Shown piece after piece: positions 8,905 through 17,719 of a stretch of DNA of 64,000 nucleotides. The position numbers and the translations under genes were made by a program. The notes under the pieces were generated by a model. It ran no database searches, was not told where the DNA came from, and saw nothing but the letters and a program-made list of their open reading frames with translations. Within the stretch, counting starts at the first letter, position 1, and every line of letters starts with the position of its first letter. The stretch comes from an uncultured virus (IMG/VR IMGVR_UViG_3300044608_000911) (Duplodnaviria; Heunggongvirae; Uroviricota; Caudoviricetes). The DNA is taken from the IMG/VR virus record IMGVR_UViG_3300044608_000911. One strand, given 5' to 3'.

Positions 8905-9388
8905 GAGTGAAATAGTTAGTTTTTGTTTTACCGCCAGATTGAGTATACATCGCCCGCATGTAGAAGTCAAATCCACGATCATCTTCAGACCACTCATCAT
9001 CTACCTGATAGGTCTTTAGAACAGCATTAAGATCTTCTACAAGTTGAGCATACATCTCACGCTTACGATCAGAAACTACATCGTCAGCAAAATAGATGGT
9101 AGTTTCATTGTACTTTTTACTGCTAAAGATGTAGACTACACCTTTCTTAGGAAGACCGCCGTTGTAGGTAGGAAAAGGTTGCTGAGAAGATTTACACTCA
9201 ATGTCTACAGTTTTACCAGAGGGAAGATGAACGCGAAAATCAGGAGAGTTTTGCTCACCATTCGGTTGATAGTCATACTTGTAACCAAACTTATCAAGCA
9301 GCGCACGAACTTGCTGCTCATGAAGTGGATTATCTTGAGAGTTAGATTTGTATGGGAGGAGCAAAACCTCTTGCCAAAATTGTTTCAT
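8855..9388 (-). CDS. PD-(D/E)XK endonuclease, putative type II restriction enzyme
   Basis: SPDFRV...DIECKS catalytic motif; overlaps the methyltransferase. Confidence 0.7.
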   Translation of the reverse strand: MKQFWQEVLLLPYKSNSQDNPLHEQQVRALLDKFGYKYDYQPNGEQNSPDFRVHLPSGKTVDIECKSSQQPFPTYNGGLPKKGVVYIFSSKKYNETTIYFADDVVSDRKREMYAQLVEDLNAVLKTYQVDDEWSEDDRGFDFYMRAMYTQSGGKTKTNYFTHEQRAYCEQRVLNFDW

Positions 9389-9390
9389 GA

Positions 9391-9672
9391 TTAAACGAAC
9401 TGAAGGACGCTAGGACGTAAAGGTTTTAGGATTTGCATGGCACTATAAGGTGTGGTATCTTGAATGTCAACCACTTTGCCAACAGTTTTAGCATTTACTG
9501 GCGCATAATAGCACCGTTTCTTTGTATCATAGAAACCCCAGATAGACTTAGGAGTTTCATCAGTGTAGCTAAACTGACCATGATTACAGATCCATATAGC
9601 AACCATGTTACGTTTATGTTCTGTAGTCTCGTAAGAGTATCCGTGCGGAGGTGTATGCGGAAATTCAAACAT
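9391..9672 (-). CDS. conserved cyanophage hypothetical protein
   Basis: ORF track; IWGFY...TTPYSAM. Confidence 0.75.
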   Translation of the reverse strand: MFEFPHTPPHGYSYETTEHKRNMVAIWICNHGQFSYTDETPKSIWGFYDTKKRCYYAPVNAKTVGKVVDIQDTTPYSAMQILKPLRPSVLQFV

Positions 9673-9853
9673 TTTTATTCAGATGCTCACGGACACAACC
9701 GACGAACTGTTGCCATTCTTTTTCTGAGAAGTTGTCAGAAGCATAAGGGATGCCAACAACAGCAGCACAATGGCGACGGATATTTTCTGGAGCAACATAA
9801 GGATCTTGAAGAGCGGTGACAGTAGCGAGAAGAATGCTAAACATCAGCAGCAC
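9665..9853 (-). CDS. small secreted-like protein
   Basis: Signal-like N-terminus; CAAVVGIPYASDNF. Confidence 0.65.
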   Translation of the reverse strand: MLLMFSILLATVTALQDPYVAPENIRRHCAAVVGIPYASDNFSEKEWQQFVGCVREHLNKNV

Positions 9854-10065
9854 ACCATGAATTTGATACGGGGAGAAGTGTTAAACTTGGTCACTTGATA
9901 ACCATACTGATTGATACGCTCATCTGCTTGGCGCTCCATATCACGCTTGCTGATCAAACGCTCGCTCATCTCCGCACCATCAAACGAGGTGACTTGAACA
10001 AACTTATCAGTCATACCAGCAGCAGGGTAAAAATCAACCTGCATGGCGCCTTGGACGAGTTGCAT
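9844..10065 (-). CDS. hypothetical protein
   Basis: ORF track 9844..10101; start moved to MQLVQ downstream of the -10. Confidence 0.6.
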   Translation of the reverse strand: MQLVQGAMQVDFYPAAGMTDKFVQVTSFDGAEMSERLISKRDMERQADERINQYGYQVTKFNTSPRIKFMVCC

Positions 10066-10089
10066 CGTGTGTCTCTCGATTACCTTGTT

Positions 10090-10148
10090 ATTATGCCACA
10101 AAAAAAGGGGTCTTGACCAGACCCCTGTGCCACTTGCTCAACTGTCCC
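10090..10148 (-). promoter_or_regulatory. early-type promoter: palindrome plus -10 CATAAT
   Basis: GTGCCACTT-N4-AACTGTCCC at 10127-10148, 31 nt from the -10. Confidence 0.6.
10100..10125 (-). terminator. intrinsic terminator
   Basis: GGGGTC...GACCCC hairpin followed by T7 on the minus strand. Confidence 0.75.
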
Positions 10149-10296
10149 CAAATACTGGGTGAATTTCAGTTTTAGCATGTTCTGTCATGTTAACATGCTG
10201 CTCCCACAAGATCGCATCCTCTAGATTGTAGAAAATAGCTTGTTGTTTTGCCTTCTTGTTCTTCTTTTGTTTGATCCACACAACAGCGTACTTCAT
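10138..10296 (-). CDS. basic hypothetical protein, 52 aa (MKYAVVWIKQKK...)
   Basis: Hand-translated; ends just before the terminator. Confidence 0.6.
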   Translation of the reverse strand: MKYAVVWIKQKKNKKAKQQAIFYNLEDAILWEQHVNMTEHAKTEIHPVFGDS

Positions 10297-10459
10297 TCCA
10301 ATGCTCACGAAAAACTAGTAAATTTGCCTGATACCTACCATTATGCTTGGTTTTATCAGGAATGTCAAGGAAACAAATTGTGATGTAATCTGAATCAATA
10401 AAATTGACCCATCCACGAGTATTACGATACTCTACGAAAGTGCCATATTTAAGTTCCAT
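10190..10459 (-). CDS. hypothetical protein
   Basis: ORF track; coupled to the upstream stop. Confidence 0.6.
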   Translation of the reverse strand: MELKYGTFVEYRNTRGWVNFIDSDYITICFLDIPDKTKHNGRYQANLLVFREHWNEVRCCVDQTKEEQEGKTTSYFLQSRGCDLVGAAC

Positions 10460-10656
10460 CAATTGATTTCTTCAAAAAATTTGCGTGTTTGTTTTTCTGC
10501 CTCTGGCAGTTTGAACCACTCTCGCATGTTATTAAGATCAGTAATTTGTTTTTGTAGTTGATCTATCTGTGCTTGTAGAATTTGAAAATTATGATCATTG
10601 TTATTTTGCATCATCAGCAGATTTTTTACTGCCTCTTTAAACTCTTCTTCAGTCAT
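10459..10656 (-). CDS. coiled-coil hypothetical protein
   Basis: ORF track. Confidence 0.65.
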   Translation of the reverse strand: MTEEEFKEAVKNLLMMQNNNDHNFQILQAQIDQLQKQITDLNNMREWFKLPEAEKQTRKFFEEIN

Positions 10657-10798
10657 AATGGCTCAGTTGTCGTGTCAGTTCTACATCAATACCGATCAGT
10701 TTAGAATACAAAAATTGTTCGTATTCATTACCTTTCAGCAATTCAACGAGGTTATTTATCTGCTGCCTGGCAAGGATCAGCTTGATTTTCTCATCCAT
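10649..10798 (-). CDS. hypothetical protein, 49 aa (MDEKIKLILARQQ...)
   Basis: Hand-translated; TGATG coupling. Confidence 0.6.
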   Translation of the reverse strand: MDEKIKLILARQQINNLVELLKGNEYEQFLYSKLIGIDVELTRQLSHYD

Positions 10799-11076
10799 CA
10801 GTAGGAAGGATCACCTGGGATGTCATCATCGCATTTTTCGTCCCTGGGTTTGCCATGGACCAGCAGCAGGGCACCCTCAGCTTTCTCAGCGAAGGTTTTG
10901 TGATAAGTGTTCATCTCTACGATGATGTCACGCAGATCGTTATAGAATTCTAGGATAGATGTGTTAACATCATCCAAATAGTCATGGACAGCATCAGTCA
11001 GACGATCTTTACGCTGCTCACGGTAACGTGCTTCCCAATCTTCTTGGATTTCGGGGCGTCCTTCAACAGTAGTCAT
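10798..11076 (-). CDS. hypothetical protein
   Basis: ORF track 10798..11301; start moved to MTTVEG, outside the helicase. Confidence 0.6.
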   Translation of the reverse strand: MTTVEGRPEIQEDWEARYREQRKDRLTDAVHDYLDDVNTSILEFYNDLRDIIVEMNTYHKTFAEKAEGALLLVHGKPRDEKCDDDIPGDPSY

Positions 11077-11116
11077 GGTGAATTCGTAGGGGTTCTTGAG
11101 TTTCATTTTAGCACAA

Positions 11117-12361
11117 TCATTCGGTAGGGGCAATACCTTTGACAAAGATGGCATCAACCACACGCTGAAGTCGCTTCTCGGTCTGCTGACCATAGTTGCT
11201 GAACACAGGCACGGTGACGAAACCAGTCTTCTTACGGTAGAATTCCAACTGACCAGCAGGAATTTTACCAGATTGTATATCAGCAGCGTCCTGTTTGTCA
11301 AGTCGGATCACACGACCGATGGTTTGCGCCATCTCGATCACAGGCAGGTTACGCAGCAGGATACAATGGGTCAGACCAGGAACGTTGATACCCTCAGACA
11401 GAATGCTGTAGTGGAACATGATAAACTTACGGCTGGGATCTTTACCCCAAAGGTCAAGAGTGTCAAAGAATTCTTGACGACCAACCTTTTGCTTGTTAAT
11501 GTAAGCACCATGCTTGCTAGTGATGTGAAGCACATCATAACCACGAGCAGCAAACTCTGCCATCACATCAGTGCTAGAGAGCAAACGCCACAGCACACGA
11601 GTGTTAGGAGCAGCAACCAGGATCTTCTGAGCACTATCCTCATCAAGTTGCTCTACGATATCAATCAGAACCTCACGGTCATTCTCTGCTGCCAACAGAG
11701 ACTTGTGACGCTCGATGTCAACAACGTGGGACTTGATGGTAGGAGGAATGATGCTACCATTGGACACAAGTTCAGGAGCAGGAACGTTGATCAGTTCCTT
11801 ACCATAAACAGCAGTGTTGTTCATACTGATCTGACCACCACGATACTTAGGAGTGGCAGTAAAATAGTATGCGTTCTTGGCAGTCAACGAAGCAGCAGCA
11901 ACTTCTTTGTAGAAGTCACGACGAACGGAATTGTGTGCCTCATCAAAATAGATCAAGTCAACATCAATACCTGCTTCGTTGATACGACGCAGAGAATTGT
12001 AGGTGGTGAAGATAATCTGGTGAGAATTGGCAGCTTTACAGATGCTATCGTGAATAACAATCTCACGAACTTTGGTGGTGTGATGGCAATCAACCTCACC
12101 GCTGTGAACGTGAAGCACAGTAGCATCAACTTTGCCGTTCAGTTCAGACCAGAACTCTTCATACAACTGAACTGCGAGCAGGATGCGAGGAGCGCACACT
12201 ACAACGGTCTGAGGGGTCTGTGCTGCCTGAAGGCGACGCAGACAGTCAAGGATCATCACAAGGGTCTTGCCGCCGCCCGTGGGGCAGGTGACACGACCGA
12301 TACCAGCAGTCAGCAGGGCATCGAGCATACGCTGCTGGTGGGGGCGGAGGGTCAGGGTCAT
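11117..12361 (-). CDS. superfamily 2 DEAD/DEAH helicase (Res-like)
   Basis: LRPHQ Q-motif, PTGGGKT Walker A, DEAH, TAT, LSEGIN, QTIGRVIR. Confidence 0.9.
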   Translation of the reverse strand: MTLTLRPHQQRMLDALLTAGIGRVTCPTGGGKTLVMILDCLRRLQAAQTPQTVVVCAPRILLAVQLYEEFWSELNGKVDATVLHVHSGEVDCHHTTKVREIVIHDSICKAANSHQIIFTTYNSLRRINEAGIDVDLIYFDEAHNSVRRDFYKEVAAASLTAKNAYYFTATPKYRGGQISMNNTAVYGKELINVPAPELVSNGSIIPPTIKSHVVDIERHKSLLAAENDREVLIDIVEQLDEDSAQKILVAAPNTRVLWRLLSSTDVMAEFAARGYDVLHITSKHGAYINKQKVGRQEFFDTLDLWGKDPSRKFIMFHYSILSEGINVPGLTHCILLRNLPVIEMAQTIGRVIRLDKQDAADIQSGKIPAGQLEFYRKKTGFVTVPVFSNYGQQTEKRLQRVVDAIFVKGIAPTE

Positions 12362-12383
12362 GCGGTTCGCTGTTGGTGAAATA

Positions 12384-12442
12384 AGTATAGGGCATGAAAA
12401 AGGGGTCCGAAGACCCCTGTGTGACAGTTTTTAAACTGGACT
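12384..12442 (-). promoter_or_regulatory. early-type promoter: palindrome plus -10 TATACT
   Basis: GTGACAGTT-N4-AACTGGACT at 12421-12442, 31 nt from the -10. Confidence 0.65.
12397..12417 (-). terminator. intrinsic terminator with cUUCGg loop
   Basis: GGGGTC-TTCG-GACCCC-TTTTT. Confidence 0.8.
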
Positions 12443-12444
12443 GA

Positions 12445-13536
12445 TCAAAAATACATACGAAAGGGTTCAGTTTCACCTTCAATTTGATCCTTTACCCAAA
12501 TTTCCATGTTGAAATCATTAAGCGTTTTACGATAAATGATATCTGGATTGAGAATATTTTCAATTGGTTTCAAAGCACTGTCACGACGAAGTTCCCACTG
12601 ATTCATAATCTTTTCTCGGAATACTTTGCGAGAGTTAGCAATCTTTTTGGATTGTTTGTTAGACTGATTATACAAGAGAACCTTGATTAACTTTTCAGAA
12701 CCATATTCTTTCTCAACTTCACAGACTTTACGGGTAATATCATCAGCATATTTGGAAAGAAATCCACTATTATCTTCAATAGCTTTGACAATATAAACCG
12801 TAGTTTCAGTCACAGTTCCATCTGGTTGCCACTCTTTAGATTCTTCAATAAAATTGTTGATAGCATCTTTATCAGTATCATAAGACATTTTGTTAGCAAC
12901 AGTATTGGGATCGCCAAGTTCCCCTAAAACATCAGTGATAATGCGGTTGATAACAGATTTGTTAAAACCATAACGCTCTTGAACTCCCATATAGTTAAGA
13001 ACTTCACCAACTTGCTGTCTATCTGGAGAAATATCTTCATTTTTAAAGATACTAACAGCAGCTGCTACAAAGTGGTGATCCTTGGCATCATCTTTGATCG
13101 GACCAAAAACATTTCCCCAGACACCAGCCATGGTAAGAATGGAATCTGTAGAAAACTCATTTATCATATCAAATCCTTCTGGAAAGACCCGTTCATATTG
13201 AGCAGCGGGAACATCAATAACAGAAGAAAGTGCCTTAAGAACTTTTAGCGTGTGGCGACGATCAAAAATCTTCAAAAAACCTTTGATGTTTAAATACGGA
13301 ATAGGAAGAGAAGTTCTATCCCATCCATCTGGCAAAGATCCACTAAGACCAGTAATCTTAGAATCATCTGTACCATACATTCCACGAACAAGATTGTCAG
13401 TTACTTCCAACAAGTTCTTTGAGACCATCTCAAAGCATACCAGTCGTAAGAAGGGAAATTTTACGAAAATATCATCATCTGCATCTACACGCAGATCTTG
13501 GATACTAAAAGTACCCCATTCTAATTGTTTTGCCAT
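12445..13536 (-). CDS. ParB/Srx-like N-terminal domain protein
   Basis: NLVRG...L.GSL..GW...PIP...IFDRRHT resembles the ParB DGxHR box; GGAG RBS before ATG 13536. Confidence 0.55.
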   Translation of the reverse strand: MAKQLEWGTFSIQDLRVDADDDIFVKFPFLRLVCFEMVSKNLLEVTDNLVRGMYGTDDSKITGLSGSLPDGWDRTSLPIPYLNIKGFLKIFDRRHTLKVLKALSSVIDVPAAQYERVFPEGFDMINEFSTDSILTMAGVWGNVFGPIKDDAKDHHFVAAAVSIFKNEDISPDRQQVGEVLNYMGVQERYGFNKSVINRIITDVLGELGDPNTVANKMSYDTDKDAINNFIEESKEWQPDGTVTETTVYIVKAIEDNSGFLSKYADDITRKVCEVEKEYGSEKLIKVLLYNQSNKQSKKIANSRKVFREKIMNQWELRRDSALKPIENILNPDIIYRKTLNDFNMEIWVKDQIEGETEPFRMYF

Positions 13537-13582
13537 TTGGAATCTCCAAGATAGAGCATAAAATGCTCCGATGTACAAACTA

Positions 13583-13611
13583 ATAATAACACGGTTTTGG
13601 GGGAGTGTCAA
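13583..13611 (-). promoter_or_regulatory. sigma70-type promoter
   Basis: TTGACA-N17-TATTAT. Confidence 0.8.
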
Positions 13612-13632
13612 CCCCCCGAACGATAAGAGTTT

Positions 13633-13860
13633 CTAATCGTCCATACAATCCACAGAACCGATGTCGCACACAGGAACTTCATGCTCACCAGCAATCAGAT
13701 ACCAATGCATGAGTTGACCGTGATATTCTGGATGTCCTTTGAAATGCTCAGGATAGACACGTTCTCCAATATACTTCAGTTCAGTCTCAGGAACGTTATG
13801 CTCACGCAACATCGCTTGAAGTTGTAGGTGCGTGAGCTCATATTGTGTGGGGACTTTCAT
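13633..13860 (-). CDS. conserved hypothetical protein
   Basis: ORF track; last gene of the coupled late cluster. Confidence 0.7.
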   Translation of the reverse strand: MKVPTQYELTHLQLQAMLREHNVPETELKYIGERVYPEHFKGHPEYHGQLMHWYLIAGEHEVPVCDIGSVDCMDD

Positions 13861-14381
13861 TTGTTACGAATGTTGAAAGAGAAAATAATTCTTTCAGAGT
13901 CAGACTGTACTGGTTTACATTGATGCATCAACACAGATGGGAAAAAAGCAATGTCTCCCTCTGAAACTTCAGGAACAAATTCTATCACATCACCTTCAAT
14001 GAAGTCAACATATGGGGCATAAAAAGTTGTTGGTTTATGATCTTCTTCAAGAGAAGCATAAAATATGGCACTATATCCGAGAGCACCATGATTATGAAGA
14101 GAATGATGACCTCCTCTCAAATATTTCTGAGCCCATACGTTATGAATTTCAAATTCTCTGGGATATATCTGATCAAATTCTTCCAGCGATGGTTTTAATA
14201 GATCAAACAACACGTCAGCATATTGTGGAACAATCCCATTCTGATGATACTTATAATAATCAGTAAAATGTCCATCTCTTTCTTCAAGATCAAGAAGGGA
14301 AAGGACATCATCTTTTTTATCTTTCCATTCATTCACAGTGTATGTGAGAAATGGTATCACAAAAGCATTTGTTGTAATCAT
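13857..14381 (-). CDS. 2OG-Fe(II) oxygenase (HxH type)
   Basis: W...Y..GG.H..HNH...EGD...FPS.L.H...R...SFN. Confidence 0.85.
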   Translation of the reverse strand: MITTNAFVIPFLTYTVNEWKDKKDDVLSLLDLEERDGHFTDYYKYHQNGIVPQYADVLFDLLKPSLEEFDQIYPREFEIHNVWAQKYLRGGHHSLHNHGALGYSAIFYASLEEDHKPTTFYAPYVDFIEGDVIEFVPEVSEGDIAFFPSVLMHQCKPVQSDSERIIFSFNIRNK

Positions 14382-14767
14382 TGTCTATTGTTTCCTGGTC
14401 GCAGTGCTTTGTTGTCATATTCAACAACGCCATCTTTTCTTACGATATAACATTGATACCAATATGGTTCACCTTCTTCGCCTTCTGGCAACTCATCTCT
14501 GCGAGGAAAATAATCAGTAACAAAATCAAATGCTACATCAGCATCACGAAATTTGATGTATCCATAATATTTCAATCTCATGTTTGAAATTAACTCTACT
14601 GGTACATCTTCTTGAAATTGATAATAATCAATTACAGATTCTTTTACAAGATCATCAGCAGATTCAAGTCGAGGGTTTTCAAAGTAAACAATAGCTCCAT
14701 CAAAGGATGCGGCATATTCTTCTATTTGATCCCAATCTGCTGCTTCATCAAGCATCTGTATGTTCAT
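14378..14767 (-). CDS. hypothetical protein
   Basis: ORF track; coupled. Confidence 0.7.
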   Translation of the reverse strand: MNIQMLDEAADWDQIEEYAASFDGAIVYFENPRLESADDLVKESVIDYYQFQEDVPVELISNMRLKYYGYIKFRDADVAFDFVTDYFPRRDELPEGEEGEPYWYQCYIVRKDGVVEYDNKALRPGNNRQ

Positions 14768-15278
14768 TTTTATTCTCCACTTTCTTTAATTTATAAGCAG
14801 CGGTAACACGAATACCATAAAACTCTCGTGATGTGTCTTCAGCATAATGTAAAATGTCCGATGGAAATAAGATTGCTGATCCTGGTTTAGGAAACACAGT
14901 GTCAAATCTGCCATCATCTTGGACAAATATTGTTTTACCTCCCCAGGTTAAGTCCCACACTGGATTACAAAACAAAACAAATGTGTAATCGGCATCATCT
15001 GTGTGAGGAGATCCATCAAGTCCTCTAGTATGACCATTCAGATAATAATCAAGAATTTCAAATTCAAAGGGAACTAATATTTTAAGTTTTTCTGGAATTA
15101 TTTGATCAAACATTGCTGTTCCAGTCACATCCATTTTCCAGAAACGTTTAAATGGCGTAGCAGTATCACTAGCAGCACCAAAGAACCATCTTGGACGACT
15201 GGCAATACGATCTATCTCATTCATTTCATCTTTGGTGAGAATTGTATCGTATGATCTTATATCTGTAAGTAATGACAT
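14748..15278 (-). CDS. 2OG-Fe(II) oxygenase
   Basis: PHTD...WGGKT...PKPG...F...ILH...R. Confidence 0.85.
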   Translation of the reverse strand: MSLLTDIRSYDTILTKDEMNEIDRIASRPRWFFGAASDTATPFKRFWKMDVTGTAMFDQIIPEKLKILVPFEFEILDYYLNGHTRGLDGSPHTDDADYTFVLFCNPVWDLTWGGKTIFVQDDGRFDTVFPKPGSAILFPSDILHYAEDTSREFYGIRVTAAYKLKKVENKNEHTDA

Positions 15279-15279
15279 A

Positions 15280-15927
15280 TTAGTTTCTAAAAATACTATT
15301 TCGTTTGATCATACCCATGCGAATTAAATCAAAATTCACAAGATCTTCCCTTTCCATTGATCCTTCGATTTTATGGTAAAGTTTATTAAGTTCAACCAAA
15401 TAATATCTCATTGTGGGATCAACGATTGAACTTTCCATCCAAAACGTTAAACACTTTCGGACACCTTTGGTTACTGGATTTACCCCATGAAGAAATTCGG
15501 TTGGATAAACTAGAGCTTTGCCTGGTTCCAACTTTCTTTCAATTCTTTCGGATCCAATTTTAATAAAATGCTCGCCACCTTCATAGTCATCATTTAAATT
15601 AACAACAACTGTGTAATCTGTTCTAGTTCCCCACATTTCAAAGAAGTCACTATGATCAGCATAGTGATTGCCCTCTTCATATTTTAGCATGAGAGATGGG
15701 GAACATTTATTTAAAATGTGAATTTTTGAAATTTCAGATTCTCTAATCAATTTATGGACGGCAGCATTTACCATCTTATTGATTTCTATATTTTCCTGCT
15801 CAGAATTGTGCTTATATTCTTTGTTTTTTGGTCCAGAAATAGCACCATCAATAAACTTTCCTGAGTCAAATAGACTCAGCATTTGCCTTAGTTTATTTTT
15901 GTCCAAAAAATCATATTCATAGATCAT
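15280..15927 (-). CDS. PKHD/PiuC-type 2OG-Fe(II) hydroxylase
   Basis: F.DG..SG...K.N.E; HSD; YEGGE; YPT..LHGV.PVTKG.R. Confidence 0.9.
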   Translation of the reverse strand: MIYEYDFLDKNKLRQMLSLFDSGKFIDGAISGPKNKEYKHNSEQENIEINKMVNAAVHKLIRESEISKIHILNKCSPSLMLKYEEGNHYADHSDFFEMWGTRTDYTVVVNLNDDYEGGEHFIKIGSERIERKLEPGKALVYPTEFLHGVNPVTKGVRKCLTFWMESSIVDPTMRYYLVELNKLYHKIEGSMEREDLVNFDLIRMGMIKRNSIFRN

Positions 15928-16267
15928 TATTCTTAGCTCTTTCGTTCAAAGTTTCAATGAAAAAGTTTACAGCATCTTTGTAAGAGTTTAATACATTTGG
16001 AAGGGGAGCACACATGTTAACAACATAATCATATCCGATCAAAAATTGTGTATCAGCAGAATATTCTTTCCATGGGGAAAACATCACAGTTTTTTGACCC
16101 TTTTCATCAACAGATTGTTCTCTCATTTTAAATGGATATACTAGATTATAACACACTTCAACTGGTTTATCTTCAATCATCTCAGTGTGTTTTTTTACAT
16201 TAGCAATCACTTCCTCACCAGTTACCAGAGTGAGAATAAGAATATTGAGTTGTGTTGTCATAATCAA
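15917..16267 (-). CDS. hypothetical protein (Sm-like T4-type)
   Basis: LVTGEEVIA...P...PW pattern. Confidence 0.65.
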   Translation of the reverse strand: MIMTTQLNILILTLVTGEEVIANVKKHTEMIEDKPVEVCYNLVYPFKMREQSVDEKGQKTVMFSPWKEYSADTQFLIGYDYVVNMCAPLPNVLNSYKDAVNFFIETLNERAKNNDL

Positions 16268-17094
16268 ATGTTATTATTTTGAATTGTTTCTAATAGGTTA
16301 TCCAACTCTTCTTGCGTTTGAGCAGTGGATACGACAGGATTATTTGTTGGAGCAAAAATAGCATCAGGATTTTTAATCTTGTAATAGTTTGCTATCTGAG
16401 CTGTAATTCTCTTGGCATATTCGCTAATGGTGGTTGCTGTGAACACACCAAATTGATCTTCTGTTTGGAGATATTCTTTCTCAGAGTTTCCTTCAATTCT
16501 CTTAAATGTTGATTCAAAGAAAACTGGATTGATTGGAAATCTTACATCGTCAGCATCTTGACCAGAATAATCTGTTGGAATATTTCTGAGTTTTTGTCTG
16601 TAAGCAGACCAGTTTGCTTTACTCTCTTCCGATAGTTGAGCATCTGGCATTTGTGTCCAATCACTATCATCAAGCATAAAGTTGCGAATCATTCTGATCC
16701 CTTCCCAGGAAACTTTATTCCAACGACCATATTCGTTATAAATTTTTTCCTGAATAATTTCTTGTTCGGTATCTTGATATTCAAAATACTTTTCTTTTAG
16801 AAGTTCGGCAATTTCTTTAACTTGATCTGCCGTTGGTTCTCTCCATTCATAAGTTTGCCATTTTCTTTCACCTGTTTTACGGTCAAGAACATACTTCTTC
16901 TTTTCAATTCCAAAAGAACCATCCGAAAAATAATTCAGATAAATGAGTCTATCTCTATCCGAAGACCAGAATGGAAATAATAAATTTTGAATTTTATCAT
17001 TCCAATAATCTTCACCAATTACCAATGTTTTACCATTGACAATCATCATGCGCTCTAGAGCATTAACTTGAATTACTACACGTACTTCTGACAT
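16264..17094 (-). CDS. tail fibre assembly chaperone
   Basis: RN.ML..SDWTQMPD...W..YRQ.LR.IP motif. Confidence 0.8.
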   Translation of the reverse strand: MSEVRVVIQVNALERMMIVNGKTLVIGEDYWNDKIQNLLFPFWSSDRDRLIYLNYFSDGSFGIEKKKYVLDRKTGERKWQTYEWREPTADQVKEIAELLKEKYFEYQDTEQEIIQEKIYNEYGRWNKVSWEGIRMIRNFMLDDSDWTQMPDAQLSEESKANWSAYRQKLRNIPTDYSGQDADDVRFPINPVFFESTFKRIEGNSEKEYLQTEDQFGVFTATTISEYAKRITAQIANYYKIKNPDAIFAPTNNPVVSTAQTQEELDNLLETIQNNNI

Positions 17095-17098
17095 TATT

Positions 17099-17719
17099 CT
17101 ATGGGAGTTTTAGGAACCAGCCTGTCGCAATATATTTATCATGGGTGAAGACAGTGTTTCCACGATGAACATGTGTCATACCAGCTGGCCAAATTAATAA
17201 TGTTCCAGTTGTTGGTTTATATCTCTTTTTCTGAAAGAGAAACTCTGTCTCTGCCTCACCATCTGGCATATCATTTAGATAAATCATCCAAGCAAGTTCA
17301 CGATTTGCTGCTCTAAAACTAGAGTTTTCATAATGCCATACATGATATCCACCGCCAGGGGGGGTTTTTTGTAATTTAATCCCAATCGTCTGTATGTTTA
17401 TTCTTGAAATGTGATCGTATTCAGTCTTGTAGTTTTCAAAAGCAGTATTAATGTACTGATATAGATGTTGTGACAGTCTCAAATCAACATCATCAAGCAT
17501 CATTCCAACATCATTTCTTCCCAATTTTTTCTCTGCAAATTGATCTTTGCCATGCTGTAAAAATCCAGGATTTGTCGTCAAATATTTTTCAAATTGATCT
17601 ACAATTGCGGTACACAACTCATGGTGAACAAACCTATGGTAAACTCCAATAAAATCCTCATATTTTCCATTAACTTGTTCTGGATCACAAATGTGTCCAC
17701 AATCTTTACCAAGTAGCAT
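17099..17719 (-). CDS. 2OG-Fe(II) oxygenase
   Basis: GGGYHVWHYE...YLND...ETEF...WPA..TH.HRG...KY..TGW. Confidence 0.9.
   Translation of the reverse strand: MLLGKDCGHICDPEQVNGKYEDFIGVYHRFVHHELCTAIVDQFEKYLTTNPGFLQHGKDQFAEKKLGRNDVGMMLDDVDLRLSQHLYQYINTAFENYKTEYDHISRINIQTIGIKLQKTPPGGGYHVWHYENSSFRAANRELAWMIYLNDMPDGEAETEFLFQKKRYKPTTGTLLIWPAGMTHVHRGNTVFTHDKYIATGWFLKLP

Noticed and set aside
11096..12379. 427-aa plus-strand ORF antisense to the helicase
   Set aside because: It mirrors the helicase almost exactly, has no recognisable motifs or promoter, and is explained by sense-strand codon bias.
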